NCBI RefSeq assembly: GCF_009834535.1
Contig: NC_045696.1
Span: 79,610,001 to 79,674,000 of the forward strand
Direction: 5' to 3'
DNA length: 64,000 bases
DNA from: Camelus ferus
Taxonomy: Eukaryota
Shown piece after piece: positions 13,741-26,795 of the stretch. The notes below the pieces were generated by a model. The model was not told the origin of the DNA and made no database searches. It saw only the letters and a program-made list of their open reading frames with translations. The first letter of the stretch is position 1; each line of letters begins with the position of its first letter. Made by a program: the position numbers and the translations under genes.

Positions 13741-15249
13741 TCTGCACTGCCCTGCACGTGGTGCCAGATACAAGCCTGACAGCACACCAGGTTTTTCCTC
13801 CTCTAATGTCGTATTTTAGAGCTTTTGCTCTTTTTTTTTTGAAATAAAGATATAATAATGCATAAAGCTGAATGATTTCCTGGACAGTATAACTTAAATT
13901 TAGCTATCAAATAAAAGGCCATGCAGATTTTGTCGAGTGATATTGTTCCTCCTCTTCAGACAATCACCTTCTTCATAGCTGTCATATAACCCCTTGGGCT
14001 TTTACCACCATTATTGTTTTTTAAATTATCAAAAATTTTAATGTCAATGACACAGGGATCACATCCTTCCTTATCAGCCTACATACTTATCCAACTTTAT
14101 GTGTTCTGTGATGAATATGAAAATCGAATATTCCTCATTGTTTCAAAATGTGTTGAGTGTTTCAAGAAAAGTGCATTCCTGAACTGCCAAAGCCCTGATC
14201 ACTCTCTGAAAAGAGTGCTAACCTACTGCTGACATGACAGCAGGCCCCACTTTTCTCCAGACTCTCCCTAAATCTGACTTTGAGTGGAAGTTCAGGCACC
14301 AGTGATTACCTCCCCAGTGCCTCCCTCCTATTGAGAAGAAGTTCAAAATGCCTGCAGGTCTTGAAACCCTTTGCCAGGCGGGCCAAGGGAACTATTTCTG
14401 TCTCAGGCCACTTGGCTTCTCTTCATCACCTAGTGCTGCCACCTGCTGACCTCTTCGGCTTCCCACACCGTGTAGTCCTGTATTAGATCAGAGCAGAGGT
14501 TATTAATTTTAGTATGTAGCAGAAAATTCTCACACTCTCTGCATAGAGCTGCCTTACATGCAGACTCTTGTCAGTGGTATTTCTGTAACCTGTAGCTACT
14601 CCATTGTCTGCGCAAGTCTGGGATTTAAGAAGATTTGCTCTTCTTCCAAAAGTATCTGAAAAGTGCCAGCCACAGCCACTTACTGCCTGGGAACGGCCTT
14701 TCTGCTCTGCACGCTCCCTGCTCTCTACCTGCTGACTGTTTCTGGGCCCCTCTGAACTCTGCCGCAGCTGTAAGAGGACAGCTTATTAAGCTTTCTGGCA
14801 GAAAGAGGGCAGTTCGGTCCATTTCTGCTCAATAAAAGCTTACAGGAGCTTCTGGGTTGAGTCCTGCCTCACCAAGGCGCCCTCTGTGCACTGAAAACAT
14901 GAAATCTCGGTTGCCTGACTGCAATGCCTGATACTGTTTCCAGCCCCAGTCCCAGGTTGTACTGCTCAGCTGTTTGTGGTCACTGTCTGTGGGCTACTGA
15001 CAAATGACTTCTGTGAGAACAAAAAAATCAAAATCTAAGAGCCATACTCTTCTGGATGATATGGAAGAGCAAAATCTGACTTTCTGAGTTGTGTCTGTTG
15101 AAATCACTAAAGTAAACTTTCAAATAATACATGGTTTAGTCAACATGTGCTCATAAAAAGGTTCTCCCCTCCAGTGATTCTGGGCCAGACCTTCAAATTC
15201 ACTCACAGAGAACCAGTGACAGAGAGTTCTGCTGGGACGGGAGATATCA

Positions 15250-15520
15250 TATCATTTCCTAGGTCCCACTCCAGATCCACAGGTCACAAGTGCTGTGGAG
15301 TGGGGCCTGGAATTCTGTACCTCCAAGGAGCTCAACAGAGGCTCCTTATGCATAAAGCTGGAAATCACTGAGCACATGAAGGCTGCAGTAGGAACCTTAA
15401 CTAGGCCGGGCCTCAGCATCAACTGTAGAGGTTTTTAAAAAATGCGAGTGCCTGTTCCCCACCCAGACCTGCGCTGACTCAGAATCTTCAGAGCTGAAGC
15501 TTTCCAAACGCTTCTGATAG
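15250..15520. mobile_element. two MER5-like hAT-Charlie fragments
   Basis: ggtcccactccagatcc..ggagtggggcctggaattctg..ggaaatcactg and cagcatcaactgtagag..aaatgcgagtgcctg..ccccacccagacc..ctcagaatc. Confidence 0.65.
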
Positions 15521-15583
15521 CGAGAGAGAGAGCTAGAGCTAGACGAAGAGCACCTGCGTTAGGCAGATGCACATTTCAGTGAT

Positions 15584-15810
15584 TAATAATGGCAGCTCCC
15601 ATTTATTAAGTGCCTGCTAAGCAAAGCACATGTTCACATATCATTTCATCCTCACAACGACGCTACGAGGTTGGTACTACTGTTAAAGCATCTGTTATTG
15701 TTGCCATTTTTCGACAGCGAGCTTAGAAATCCTAAAGGAGTCATGCGATGAGGAAGTTGGAGGACTGGGACTGGGACCAGCTCTGTCTGACTCCAAGGGC
15801 AGGCCTGCTC
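15584..15810 (-). mobile_element. MIR SINE
   Basis: aataatggcagctcccatttattaagtgcc..tcatttcatcctcacaac..ctgtctgactccaagg. Confidence 0.8.
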
Positions 15811-15812
15811 TT

Positions 15813-15849
15813 CCTCCCTGCCACGCCTCCCTGCCACGCCTCCCTGCCA
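15813..15849 (+). repeat. 13-bp tandem repeat (CCTCCCTGCCACG)x2.8
   Basis: read directly. Confidence 0.9.
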
Positions 15850-16519
15850 TTAGTTTTTTACAACTATTATTTTAAAAGTGGGTACGGATTTTGTTCCCTT
15901 GTTTCGTTTTTCTGCTTTTTGGTTTCAAACTTAGTACAATCTTTTTGCGTCTGCTCTTTATTTTTCCTTTGTAATTGCTGATGCAGAATTAATCCTCCAA
16001 GACACCTAACTTAACAGAGCATTTTATGAAGCCTAGGGAGGCTTCCCAGAATGTCTCATGGCTTAGTGTGTTACTGAAGACATAGCGTCTTCATCCACAA
16101 CAGGATTCCCCCATGGTCCAGTGCACTGGACAGGGTCATCCATGTGTGTGCTACCTTAACAAGCTTTCTTTAACTGTGTCTTAGCTGTTATCCCATATGT
16201 TACCATAATATTGTAGGGACTATTCTACTAGATCATAAGTTTTTCAAGGAAGGAAATCTCTTATTTCCACATGCTCAAGTCTGACAGACTGAAGGCCTTC
16301 AAGACAATATCTTGAGAAGCAGATGGCTCTGTGCATACCTACACTGCCATGCATATGTGCACACATGGCTTAACTTTGCAGAACCTGACTCCTTCGTAAC
16401 ACAGGAACAATAATGTCTATCTGTTAGGCTTACTGGGAAGTAAGGTACACAGAGCATGTGGTGCTGTTACACAAAAGAATGACAATTATTGTAACTAAAG
16501 TAAACTGTAGAATGGTCAT

Positions 16520-17780
16520 CATCCATTTATTCACTGAGTGCCCACCATATGTGCCAAATATGCTACTAGATTCTAGAGCTCATAGAACTTAGTACGGAAC
16601 ATTGATATAAGAAAAATTACACAATTTTAAAACAAATTATACATACAGAAAGAGAGAAAGAGAAGAAAGGGTGGTGTGAAATCATAAAATAGCAGTAGTA
16701 ACCTCATCTGAGGCAGGGCCAGGGGAAAAGAACGCTGCTCAGGGAGTCACAGGAGCCTTCCTGAGAAAGCCAAACTTGTTTCTTCTTTTTTCAAGATGAA
16801 TTAGGAGGCAGCGTCAAGTTGTAGGTAGATGGGAGGGAAGAAGTATTCAAAGAATTGAAATAATTGTTGCAGGGAATGGCAAGTGATCTAACTATAAAAC
16901 AGAATAGAATTCCCAGGCAGTACTGAGGAATTGGTTCATGATGAATTCAGAGTGAGGAAAAAACTTAATTGCATGGTTTTTACAAGCAGGATTAAAAAAA
17001 CTAGAAAAGAAGCTGTTCCATTGGGTTCATTCAGGTTTGCAGTGTCCAGGTAAGTGGCAAAAGGGAGGGTTTTGGCAAAAGGGTGATTAAGATTATGGAC
17101 CACGGACTCTACACTGGGTACAGATGGAGTTGGCAGCAGAAGATGACTGGCAGGAATAATGTAGAGAGAGCCACTGTCCGGAAATGCTAGTAAGTCCTGA
17201 AAGCTTGTAATGGAGGTAGATGAACAGATAATTTGAAGTTAGGAAGTTATCATCCAAGACTGAGATGTTTGAATTAGTGATGTCACCCATGGAACAATCT
17301 GGGAAAACAACAAATCAAGCCTGTGACCGTGGAAGTTGGGTGGCTGAGACGGAGAGACGGAGAATACCACCGAGGATCGGGAGGTTGTGGAGACCAGAGC
17401 TCTGAAGTCTTTGCCTAGACTTGCATGGTGAACCTTGCCACAGTCATTAAATCATGAGAAGGAATGATCAGGAGGTTAATAACAATGCAGGCGAGGGAAG
17501 GGAAGATTGCCCAGAAGCAGGGAGTTTGGCAGGAAAAGAAACAATAGTCTGAAAGCAACTAATGGGAGCAAAGAAGACACCAGCAGCACCTGAGGTTAGC
17601 AAGGTTATGAAAGTAGAGATGTCTTCCAAGTGAGAGTTCTGTGGAATACGTGTTGTCTTCAGAGGGCAGCCAACTTTCAGCGAGGAAAAGAAAGTTGAGG
17701 GAATATTCTGAAAAGTTTCAGAACATAAAAGGAGTGTTTTGATTATGGAGTTCTAGGGACTCAGGAAAAGGAGGAAATGA
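16520..17780 (-). mobile_element. L2 fragments
   Basis: catccatttattcactgagtgcccaccatatgtgcca..; purine-rich antisense L2 body. Confidence 0.6.
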
Positions 17781-18034
17781 AAGAAAAATTAAGTCAGAGC
17801 AGAAGGACACACATGTTGTAGCTTTCTGCAGGAAGAAAGGTAAATAAAAGACACTTGTACTAGAGAAAAACAGCAGAGTTGGGAGTGGTGATTTTGCTCT
17901 CTTAGTCCCTTGTGCAATTGAGGAAACTTCATCCCAACCAAATTCAGCTGTAGCCCCAACCAAAAGCCTAAAGGTTGGGGCTTAAATCCAGGCGTTTTTT
18001 TGTTGTTTTTTTTTCTCACATTGTCTTCTCTTTA

Positions 18035-18505
18035 CTTATTCAGCAAATATTTATTCCAATCTAGGTGACTGGAATGTACTGATGAACTAAACAGGCAAGG
18101 AATACTTCTCCTATGGTGTTTATATTCGAGAGGGAGGGGTAAAACAGAAAAAAAAAAGTTGTAAGTAGCTATACATAACAAATAAGAACATAACATAGCA
18201 CGTTAGAGAGTGATGAGTGCAACGGAAATGAAAGATGTAAAGCACATAAGGGGTGGTCACGCATGACAAGCAGAGTTAAAATGATGTAGGGTGGTCAGGT
18301 TGGGACTTAATGAGACAGTGATACCTGAACAGAAATTGAAGGAGATGATGGGATTAGCCATGTGGATACTCGAGGAGAAGAGCATTCCAGGCAGAGGGAA
18401 GAGCCAGTGCAAAGACACTAAAGCAGGAGTACGGCTGGTTATGTTTTAGGAACAGCCAGAAACCGGGGTGGTTAGAGCATGGTGAGGAAGAGGGAGGTCA
18501 GAAGA
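18035..18505 (-). mobile_element. L2 (L2a-like) 3' part
   Basis: ttattcagcaaatatttatt..agccatgtggatactcgaggagaagagcattccaggcagagggaagagccagtgcaaag. Confidence 0.85.
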
Positions 18506-18507
18506 TC

Positions 18508-18670
18508 GGTGCCTCTCAAACTTCAGCGTGCGTACGAATGACCTGGAGATCTTATTTAAATGCAGAATCAGATTCAGTAAGTCTGGCATGAGGCCTGAGA
18601 TTTTACATCTCTAACGTGCTCTCAGGTGAGGAAGCCGTGGGCGCACGGCTCATGCTTGGAGTAGCGAGGA
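18508..18670. mobile_element. MER5-family hAT-Charlie element
   Basis: ctctcaaacttcagcgtgc..acctggagatcttatttaaatgcagaatcagattcagtaagtctgg..ggcctgagattttacatctctaac..ttggagtagcgagg. Confidence 0.85.
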
Positions 18671-20711
18671 TTTCGATGACTCTCATTTTGGAAGAGTGGG
18701 AAAGTGAGAAAGAGTGAGCAATTAAATTAGGGAAGTGTAATAGTATTATGATGTGGTATTAAGGGCTTACTTGAGATTGTAGCCATGAATTTAACACTGT
18801 GTAGCTATGTATTTTTTTTTCAACCACATTCAATTGTACAGAGACACGTATGGCGTTGGCAGAGTTACATTTAACCAGGGGTTTTATTTTGGGATGATAG
18901 AGAGAATACAATGGAATGAAGCATGTATACAAGGAAGTTGTATAATGATTGACCATGGGATTTAACATCGTTAATGACATAACCTGGGGTCGCTGGTGGA
19001 AAGTCAGACAGGTCTTGTGGCCCTTCACGACTAACAGGGCAGTGGTCTTAAGCCATAGATACTGAACCCTTCAATGAAGAGTGATCCCATCCTTCACTGG
19101 GTCAGTGGTACACATAACAGGTGGTTTCAACAATTTAATGGAGAGAGAGCATCTTCAAGGCAACTTGTATTAAAAGTGTCAATGATGTCAGAAGGTTTGC
19201 AGTGCAGATTCATGAATGTAGTTAAAACACACACACAAAGTAACATGCTATACTGTTAAGAAACAGAAACTTCTGATTTAGGAAGCATTCCATCATATTG
19301 CCTTTTGATTGTACCTCTGCTCACCACTGCTTAACTATCTGGAAACATTACACTCTGTTAGTGTATAATCACCACTGTGGCTGCAGGTAAACTCATCACT
19401 GACTCTTTAAAACTTATTTATCCTCCATTGCAGAAACCACCTGCTGACCCAAAAGCAAACCCCCAAGGCTGCTGAGTTACAACTATCACACAGAACTTCT
19501 CTTTTCTTTGCCTCAGAACTTGGTTGGCCTCTGTGCTACCTTGCTTTCTGGTTCCAAGACCGGTATCCACACTGATTTTGATCTTGACCTCTGAGCCTTG
19601 GAGATGAAGCATTTTTTTCTAATCCGTCACTCATCTTCAGCATCTAGACCTTTTCTACTGCAGATTTTTTAGGATCAGCTTGCACCCTTGGCCTTATTAT
19701 ATTGTTTTTAATTAAGATTCCCTGAATTAATTACTGACCCACCCCCTCCTCACCCTCATTTTCCCCATCACCAGTAAGAGAAAAGATGTTATTAGTTTCC
19801 ATTGCTCTCTTCCTCCTTTTCTCCCTTCTTATCTGTTTGTTTCCCTTTGCGTGCTACTCTTTCTCGCACATACACACACAATCTCATTTTATCTAGACTT
19901 TTTTCTTTTTTTTCCTCTTGAAGAGCCAATCAGTTACAATGTGGGGCTATAACCTTTGGTCTTTATTTCATACAGCCTTGTTCATTTGTTTATTTCAAGT
20001 GTCTACAGGAAACAGAGCTCCATGATAAAAAAGAAACGGGTGGAGCTGATACTGTGCGTGCATGTTTTCTCCAGTTGTCTTCAGATCTGGACCAAAGCCT
20101 GAGGTTTTAGATGCCTGCTCTCCAGATAGCCACGCTTTACTGTGATACGCAAATTGTACATAGAGATGAATGCTAATAGCTACAATGGGAAATAATATTA
20201 ACTCTGCAATTAAGACAAAAACTTTATATATACAAGGAAATGGAAGGGTTCTTTATGGAATCATACCCATTTTTAGAGCTGGATGGCATGGAGAGACCTT
20301 TCAGACACATCCTGAGATGAGGAAAATTAAATATGTTCTTATCAATATATGCTATCACCTCCATCCCTTGGAGGCATTTTGCTTTAAGCTATATTGGAAT
20401 GAGAGAGAAGAGATATTCATTAATTTGCATGTGTCTATTGATACGGCTTTAAAACCACACTGACATCTCTCTGTTTTCTGTCTACAACACTTGTTTCACA
20501 ACTTTGTTATTCTCCTTCTTACTCAAGGCATATCTGGAGGTACAAGAAATAAGACACAGGGAAATAAAGTTCCCTCTGAAAGTTAACACTGTTTAAATAA
20601 TGCATAATTGGGGGAGACATGTCTCCCTGAAATAGTTCATTACAGTTTATTCACTAATAACCTATACAAAGAAAGCATTTTCCAATCAATTTCTTCCAAA
20701 GATGCTTCAAT

Positions 20712-20905
20712 ACAGTATAGAAGTTATAAGTGTCAAGTTTAGAACCAAAGTGGGTTCAACTCCTGGTTCTTCCATTTCCTAGCCATAAATTATGCAAATT
20801 ACTTAACATCTATATGTCTCATTTTCCCTAACTGTAAAATGAGGATAATACCTTCTGCCTCATAAGCTTATGTTGAGAGTTAAATGAGTAATATGTAACC
20901 CACAA
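20712..20905 (+). mobile_element. MIR SINE
   Basis: tgggttcaactcctggttcttccattt..ttacttaacatct..ctcattttccctaactgtaaaatgaggataata. Confidence 0.85.
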
Positions 20906-21997
20906 TAAGTTCCTGTACGTCTTTGGTGGTCCTCTTGATAACGGGATAGGGGAGCGATGTGGAAAGGGATTACAGACATTCTGATCACGCCAAAGAACAT
21001 CTTTAGTGATTTGCTCATTAGTGTCCAGAATTTAGTTATTAATTCCTTGTTTGAGAGGTTAATCATCTTCCCTGAGTGCACTGATACTGTTTAGTTTGTG
21101 GACTTACAAGAGTAACAAACACACAAACACACTCAGGACTTTAGTCAGTTGGCCCATACCATCCAATCCTATGAGGCCACTTGCCTGCTGACCCTGTCCA
21201 TGCTAAAGCTTTTCCATTTAGCACATATACACTTACTTCAAGCTGTATTTCTTTCTTTTTTAAGAATAAAAAATTTCTTGTTTTTATAAATAATAAAATG
21301 GCTTTTACATGTCAATGATTCCTTACCAAAATAAAAATAGGGATTAACGAAGTGACATTGTACAAACTTTTAAGTGACACAAATGTTGGAGCACCAAGGA
21401 ACCCAAAGCAAGCTCTCTTTGTTTTGTATTTTCTGCACAGAAATGTATTTTTGAAGAGGCAGGAAGCATAAAGAGAAGGGACAGGTCATTTCTTAAGTTG
21501 CACTCTGTTCCACACCATAGGTTTTATTACTCTGATAACTCCTACTCTAGAAATCTTCCAGCTCAAGTTCTGTTTCATAATGCAGAATTCATCAAGGGTA
21601 CAGAACCCATTCATCTTCTTTTATTAACCATCTGGTGAAGGACTGAAGTTACCTCTGGTCAGGAACTGAACAGATCTAAGAACTTCAGTAAACACCAGCT
21701 TCAGCACAAACCTCTGAGATGGTTGTTTGGAAGAACCAAAATGACCACTCAAAGGTCATGCTCAAGAACAGATGGATTTCTTGCTCAAGACTTCACTAGG
21801 TTTTAAAAGGTATGGAGAAAGCAAGGTGAAACTTCAGTCCTGCAATTGTTGCATGATATTTATTGGCACGTGATGTCGGAGTAATTCCTGAGACACATGT
21901 AACAAGGACATGTAATTTGGAACCAAGTCATGGTACATCCTCTTTTAGGCTATGATGGCTGTGAAGCAGTATTCATTAGTGAATTAAAAAAATCACT

Positions 21998-22142
21998 AAT
22001 AAGAATATGAAAATGAATATATGTATATATATGCATGGCTGGGACATTGTGCTGTACACCAGAAATTGACACATTGTAACTGACTGAACTTCAATTAAAA
22101 ATAAATAAATTGCATGTAAAAAATTAAAAAGATAAAAATTTT
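21998..22142 (+). mobile_element. severely 5'-truncated camelid L1 (3' UTR tip plus A-rich tail)
   Basis: Homologous to the 3' tip of the young L1 at 54497-54620; TSD AAAAAATCACT at 21987-21997 and 22143-22153; TT/AAAA endonuclease site. Confidence 0.85.
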
Positions 22143-22395
22143 AAAAAATCACTGAAGACAGAAAAAAATGAATTTACTATGTAAAGTTACTTGTATTCTC
22201 GTGTTCAGTTACTTTACTCCAAACATTTGAAACAAGGAAGAAAGAGAACAGAAAGAATCAGACAGAACTGGGGTGATTATTTGGAGCCGATTATAATTGA
22301 AAAGAATGTTGCTTGTATTTTGCAGATTGCAAAAGTGATTTTCTTACAAACTTTGTCACACAGTTTCAGACACATGGTCCCAAATAAAAGGATAC

Positions 22396-22839
22396 AGTGA
22401 TAGGATAATTGTCCTTCCAAGGATGTCTGTATCACCATCCCCAGAATGTGCTAGTTTACATGAGGCTATGCAGATGTAACTAAGGATCTTGGCATGAAGA
22501 GATTATCCTGGATTATCCAGATGGGTCCAATATAATTACAAGGGTCCTTATACAGGAAAGAGGCAGGCAGGAATCAGAGAAGCAGATATGACAATAAAAC
22601 AGAAGTTGGAGTGATGCAGCCATGAGCCAAGGAATGCAGGCAGCCTTTAGAAGCTGAGAAGCCAATAATTCTCCCCTAGTGCCTGCAGAAGGAATGCATC
22701 TCTTCTGACAACTTAATTTTGACCACATAAGATCCATTTAAAATTTCTCATCTCCAGAAATTCAAGATAACAAATTTGTAGTTTTTTAAGCCACCAAATG
22801 TCTGGTGGTTTGTTATTGCAGCAATAGGAAACTAACACA
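22396..22839 (+). mobile_element. MLT1C/D-like solo LTR (ERVL-MaLR)
   Basis: gagattatcctggattatccagatgggtcc..gccaaggaatgcaggcagcc..ttttaagccacc..gcagcaataggaaactaacaca; 5-bp TSD gatac/gttac. Confidence 0.9.
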
Positions 22840-23531
22840 GTTACTATAAATTATATGTTGGCTTGGTGAAAATGTAAAATAGGTTTCTGAGTCTTGAGGA
22901 GCCCCAGGCAGTCCAGGAAAAATGGGAATACTGAAGTGATCACATTGACATAATGGGCTACACAGGGCAATACTAAAATCAAAGTTCATAAGGGACTAGG
23001 CAAGATGCTAAGGACATACGGTCCCATAAAAGTAGTTCAAGGGACATGTGTGAAATGAAAAAAGGAATGTTAAACTTCAAAATTCACCCATGTTTGTGAC
23101 TCTTGGCAACAAAGCATATACAAATTTTTCTAAGAAGCAGGGAAAACTATTTATAAGCTAGCATCTTTGACTTTACATCATATAATCTAACCTACAAACA
23201 AATATTTTATATTTACCATTTAATTATTGTCATTCAATCTCCATTCTTGGTTTATCTTAAATAATGCATCCTCACTGTATCATAAAATTTCAACTTCCTG
23301 ATTCCACACAAGTTCCAAATGAGTATGTAAATAGAGCAAAATCATACAACTGGGATTCAGCCAGTCAAAAATCTCAGGGAAAACACAAAAGACCTTAAAC
23401 TTTATTTCCATAGAAACATATATGAGTGACTCTGCCCACGTCGTGGTATATTAACCTGAACCTGTGCCTTTTGTTATTGATTTGTCAGATGTAAGGATGT
23501 TGAGCTTTATTTTGCCTTTACGTCTGTAAAA

Positions 23532-23790
23532 TACAGTAGGTAAAAGCACATCTTTGAGTCAGTCAACCGTGGGTTTACATTCCAGCTCTGTCATCTACCA
23601 GTACTTTGCTCATCTGCTCTTGAAGTTAACATCACTATGCTTTAGTCTCATCATCTATAAAATAGTGAGAATAATAGTATACAACTCATCATGCTGTTGA
23701 AAGGATTTATTGAGGAAAAAATAGATGTAAAACACTCAGCAGAAAGTTTAACATAAAGCTCAATTAAACTAGATAAGATTAGCATTATTA
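23532..23790 (+). mobile_element. MIR SINE
   Basis: tttgagtcag..ccagctctgtcatctacc..tctcatcatctataaaatag..gatgtaaaacactcagca. Confidence 0.8.
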
Positions 23791-25774
23791 TTACTAGTTA
23801 CTTCATTCACACAAAGCTCTAAATCATTAACAACTACTCACTATATCCTAATAATAAATTACTAAACAAACATGTCTATAATACATTTTATCAAAGGAAC
23901 TTAAGTTATAAGTTGAATTTATGATACCAACATCTGCCAGATCTTTCTTGCCCTTAATTTAATTACCTGGGTAGGTGCAAAACAATACAACAAAAAGGGA
24001 ATATTTAGAATATCTCAATGTTCTTCTCTTTGGAAAATTATGGGGTTTTTTTAAAGTTCAAACATGTTTCTTCTCTATCCTTTTCTCACAGTTATTTGGT
24101 GATTTGCCAATATGAACCTAATAAGGAATCCATTAGATAGACTTAGTTCCTGCCTGGTCTGCATTTTCACAGACTATTTTTCACACTTTATTCTAACACT
24201 GTTTGCAATGGTAGTATTTACAGGTTTCTCTCCCCAATTAAACGTTTCGCCTCTTGAGAGAAGACACAGGTTTTATTTATCTTGAAATATCCTGCATGTA
24301 TTAGGCAATTAAAAATGCTATACAGCTTAGTAAATGAATGAGAATTATTTTTAAAAAGTCAGTTAAAATATTCCAAGCCCTATCTGCACCTAATTACTGA
24401 ATGATAAATCTATGATTTATGCTCTCTGAACTAATCCAGTAATAGATTCTGCATTTTCTGAGACGTTTTCAGTTAAGGACCTGTAAGGGAAGCTGACCCT
24501 GGCTTGAGGCTAGACTAACATGCCAGTTAATATAGAGATTAACTGAGCATTTAAACAAGTAAACAAACTCAGGAATTCCGATTTCATTTCTCTTATTAGT
24601 TGACTATATATAGGCAATCAATATTTTAATCATCCCTACTATAAAAAGTGGTAATTAAAATAAGCAAATAAGTAAAGTAAAATAAGTAGTAACAATAGGT
24701 TTTTCAGCACAGTCTATTTAATCTATTTAATCGGCTCAAATACCTCACCCTGCCCACTATCCCGACAGCCTAGATTTGACTGGGTAGCTGTCCTTCAGTT
24801 TAAATGGTCACACTCTTGCTTGGCAGAGAATAAATCATACACTAAAGTTTATAGACTGTCAACAAGTAACCCAGTGAACAAAAAGATACATTTTTAGTAA
24901 TTGCATTATAAAATTGTCAAGCTATAGTTTTCCCATGACATTACTCATGTAAGTAAATTTATAAATACCATAAAGAAAAATTTAAAACTTTCATAATGTA
25001 TTGTCCAATGTCTAATAAAACTTTGTTATGAAAGGCCTATGTACACTAAATTATCTTTACATGATTTTGCAAAAAGAACTAGGGCCAGTATGTTTTCAAA
25101 ATTGAGTTATCAGTTACCATAGAAGTCTATTTTATTTAATCACCCTATCTGTAAATTAACATTTTTGGGAATCAGCAACCATGCAGCAAACTTGCAAAAT
25201 AAAGAGAAAAATTATAAAGTGAAAACCCTTGGGTAAATATCTTCATTTTGATGCAGACAAGAAAGAAAGTATGGTTGCTAAGGACAAAATACATACAACT
25301 GCACATGGTTGAATGCATAATAGACCCTAACAATGCCAGCTATTTAAATAACAACTTTGAAAACATATTAAGAAGCAGCAGAATTTAAAAAAATCTTTTT
25401 CCTCCTTTGAAAACTACCTAGACCACACTCTTCTTGTAAAAACAGCAGAGTCTATGCCACCAACTAAAATGAAAGCTTTGTTTCTTGTCTTTCACATATG
25501 GGCTCTCAATTGATGTATAAAATATTTTGGGAAACAAAGCCTAAGAGAGTCAAAATTACCAGGTTGATTTTGCTCTCAAAAACAGTTTTCTTCTACTTTT
25601 TGTGTAGTCTGCCAAACTCATCATACTTTTGGCAGATTTAAGGTACCTCTTTTGAATCAGTCTCATGAAGCTGGTTAATGCCACTAGCAGTCACCGTTAC
25701 CTGGCAATACACATCAGAGGTTTTTATTATTGCTATTAATCAATGAGAGGAACTGACATTTAGAATGTGCATAT

Positions 25775-26082
25775 AGCAGGCGTGGTGACTTTTTCCTTAT
25801 AATCATAAAAAGATTTTAGGGATATTTGGAAGATGTTTGAGGAGGACACTGGTTTGTTGCAAGGGTCAAGATTCGAAATTAAAATATCTTCATTTATTCA
25901 TTTGTTTTTAAATTTTGACAAACTTTTTTTGTAAAGAGATAGCTGATTTTTTTAATCTTCATATATGTATAACTGCCTCCTCCTCCTTCTTCCTTGCCCC
26001 GCACCTCTATCCTTTAAAATTTAAAAACTTTTTAGCTTGTGGACTAGATCTAGCCCACAGGGGTCATTTGCTGACAACTGAT
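25775..26082. mobile_element. possible MER58-like hAT element
   Basis: right end tagcttgtggactagatctagcccacaggggtcatttgctgacaactg resembles the MER58 terminus. Confidence 0.4.
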
Positions 26083-26084
26083 TT

Positions 26085-26625
26085 AATTCATTCGATATGC
26101 ATTTTTAAGCAATATGGTCACAGTTCTCAAAACACTTAGCTTATCAGCAGAAAAAGATGAACAAAAAAGTAGTTTTATTACAGTGTGTCTGATGCCATGA
26201 TGGAGTATAGTTTGCTATACCTAACCCAGCTTCAAAGGTGAGGAAGTTAGTAGAAAGAGGTAGGAGATTAGTAGGTGAACACTTTCTAGGGAGAGAGAAC
26301 TTGTAAAAAGGCCCTTCAAGGAAAGTGTGGTATAACTGAGGAATCACAAAAGCTTTACATGGCCTATCATGCTAAGAAAAGTAGGGGGAGGATGAAGAGC
26401 GACTCAGAGATGGAGCGTGCAAGGCCGTATACGCCAAATTAAGAGTTTAACCTTACAGGCAATGAGAAGGCATTAAGGAAATTCAATAAAGAATATAAGG
26501 TCAGCAAACCTGGATTTTTAAAGTATCTTTCTGGTTGCAAAGAGAGATTGAATTAGAGAAATTCAGGACAGGAGGGAGGTCACCATTTAGGAAGTAGTGG
26601 CCTTAGATGTTGAAAAGTTGAGAAG
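26085..26625 (-). mobile_element. L2 fragment
   Basis: ttcattcgatatgcatttt..aggcaatgagaaggcattaagg..aagtatctttctggttgca. Confidence 0.6.
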
Positions 26626-26639
26626 CTAAATGTGGAAGG

Positions 26640-26795
26640 GCTAACATTGAAATCCCATTTATGTACAAAATCACTTACTCTCTTGGCTTCTGAGAAACTG
26701 AATTAATAATATTTCTTCACCCATTCGTCTTAGAAGGTTTCTGTGAAACTCAAGTGAAATGATGCATATAAAATAACTTAGCAACTATAAAAATG
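26640..26795 (+). mobile_element. MIR fragment
   Basis: aaatcacttactctct..gtgaaactcaagtgaaatgatgcatataaaataacttagcaactataaaaatgct. Confidence 0.5.

Noticed and set aside
16116..16131. Perfect 16-bp palindrome GTCCAGTGCACTGGAC
   Set aside because: About one such palindrome is expected by chance in 64 kb (64000/4^8); no supporting context
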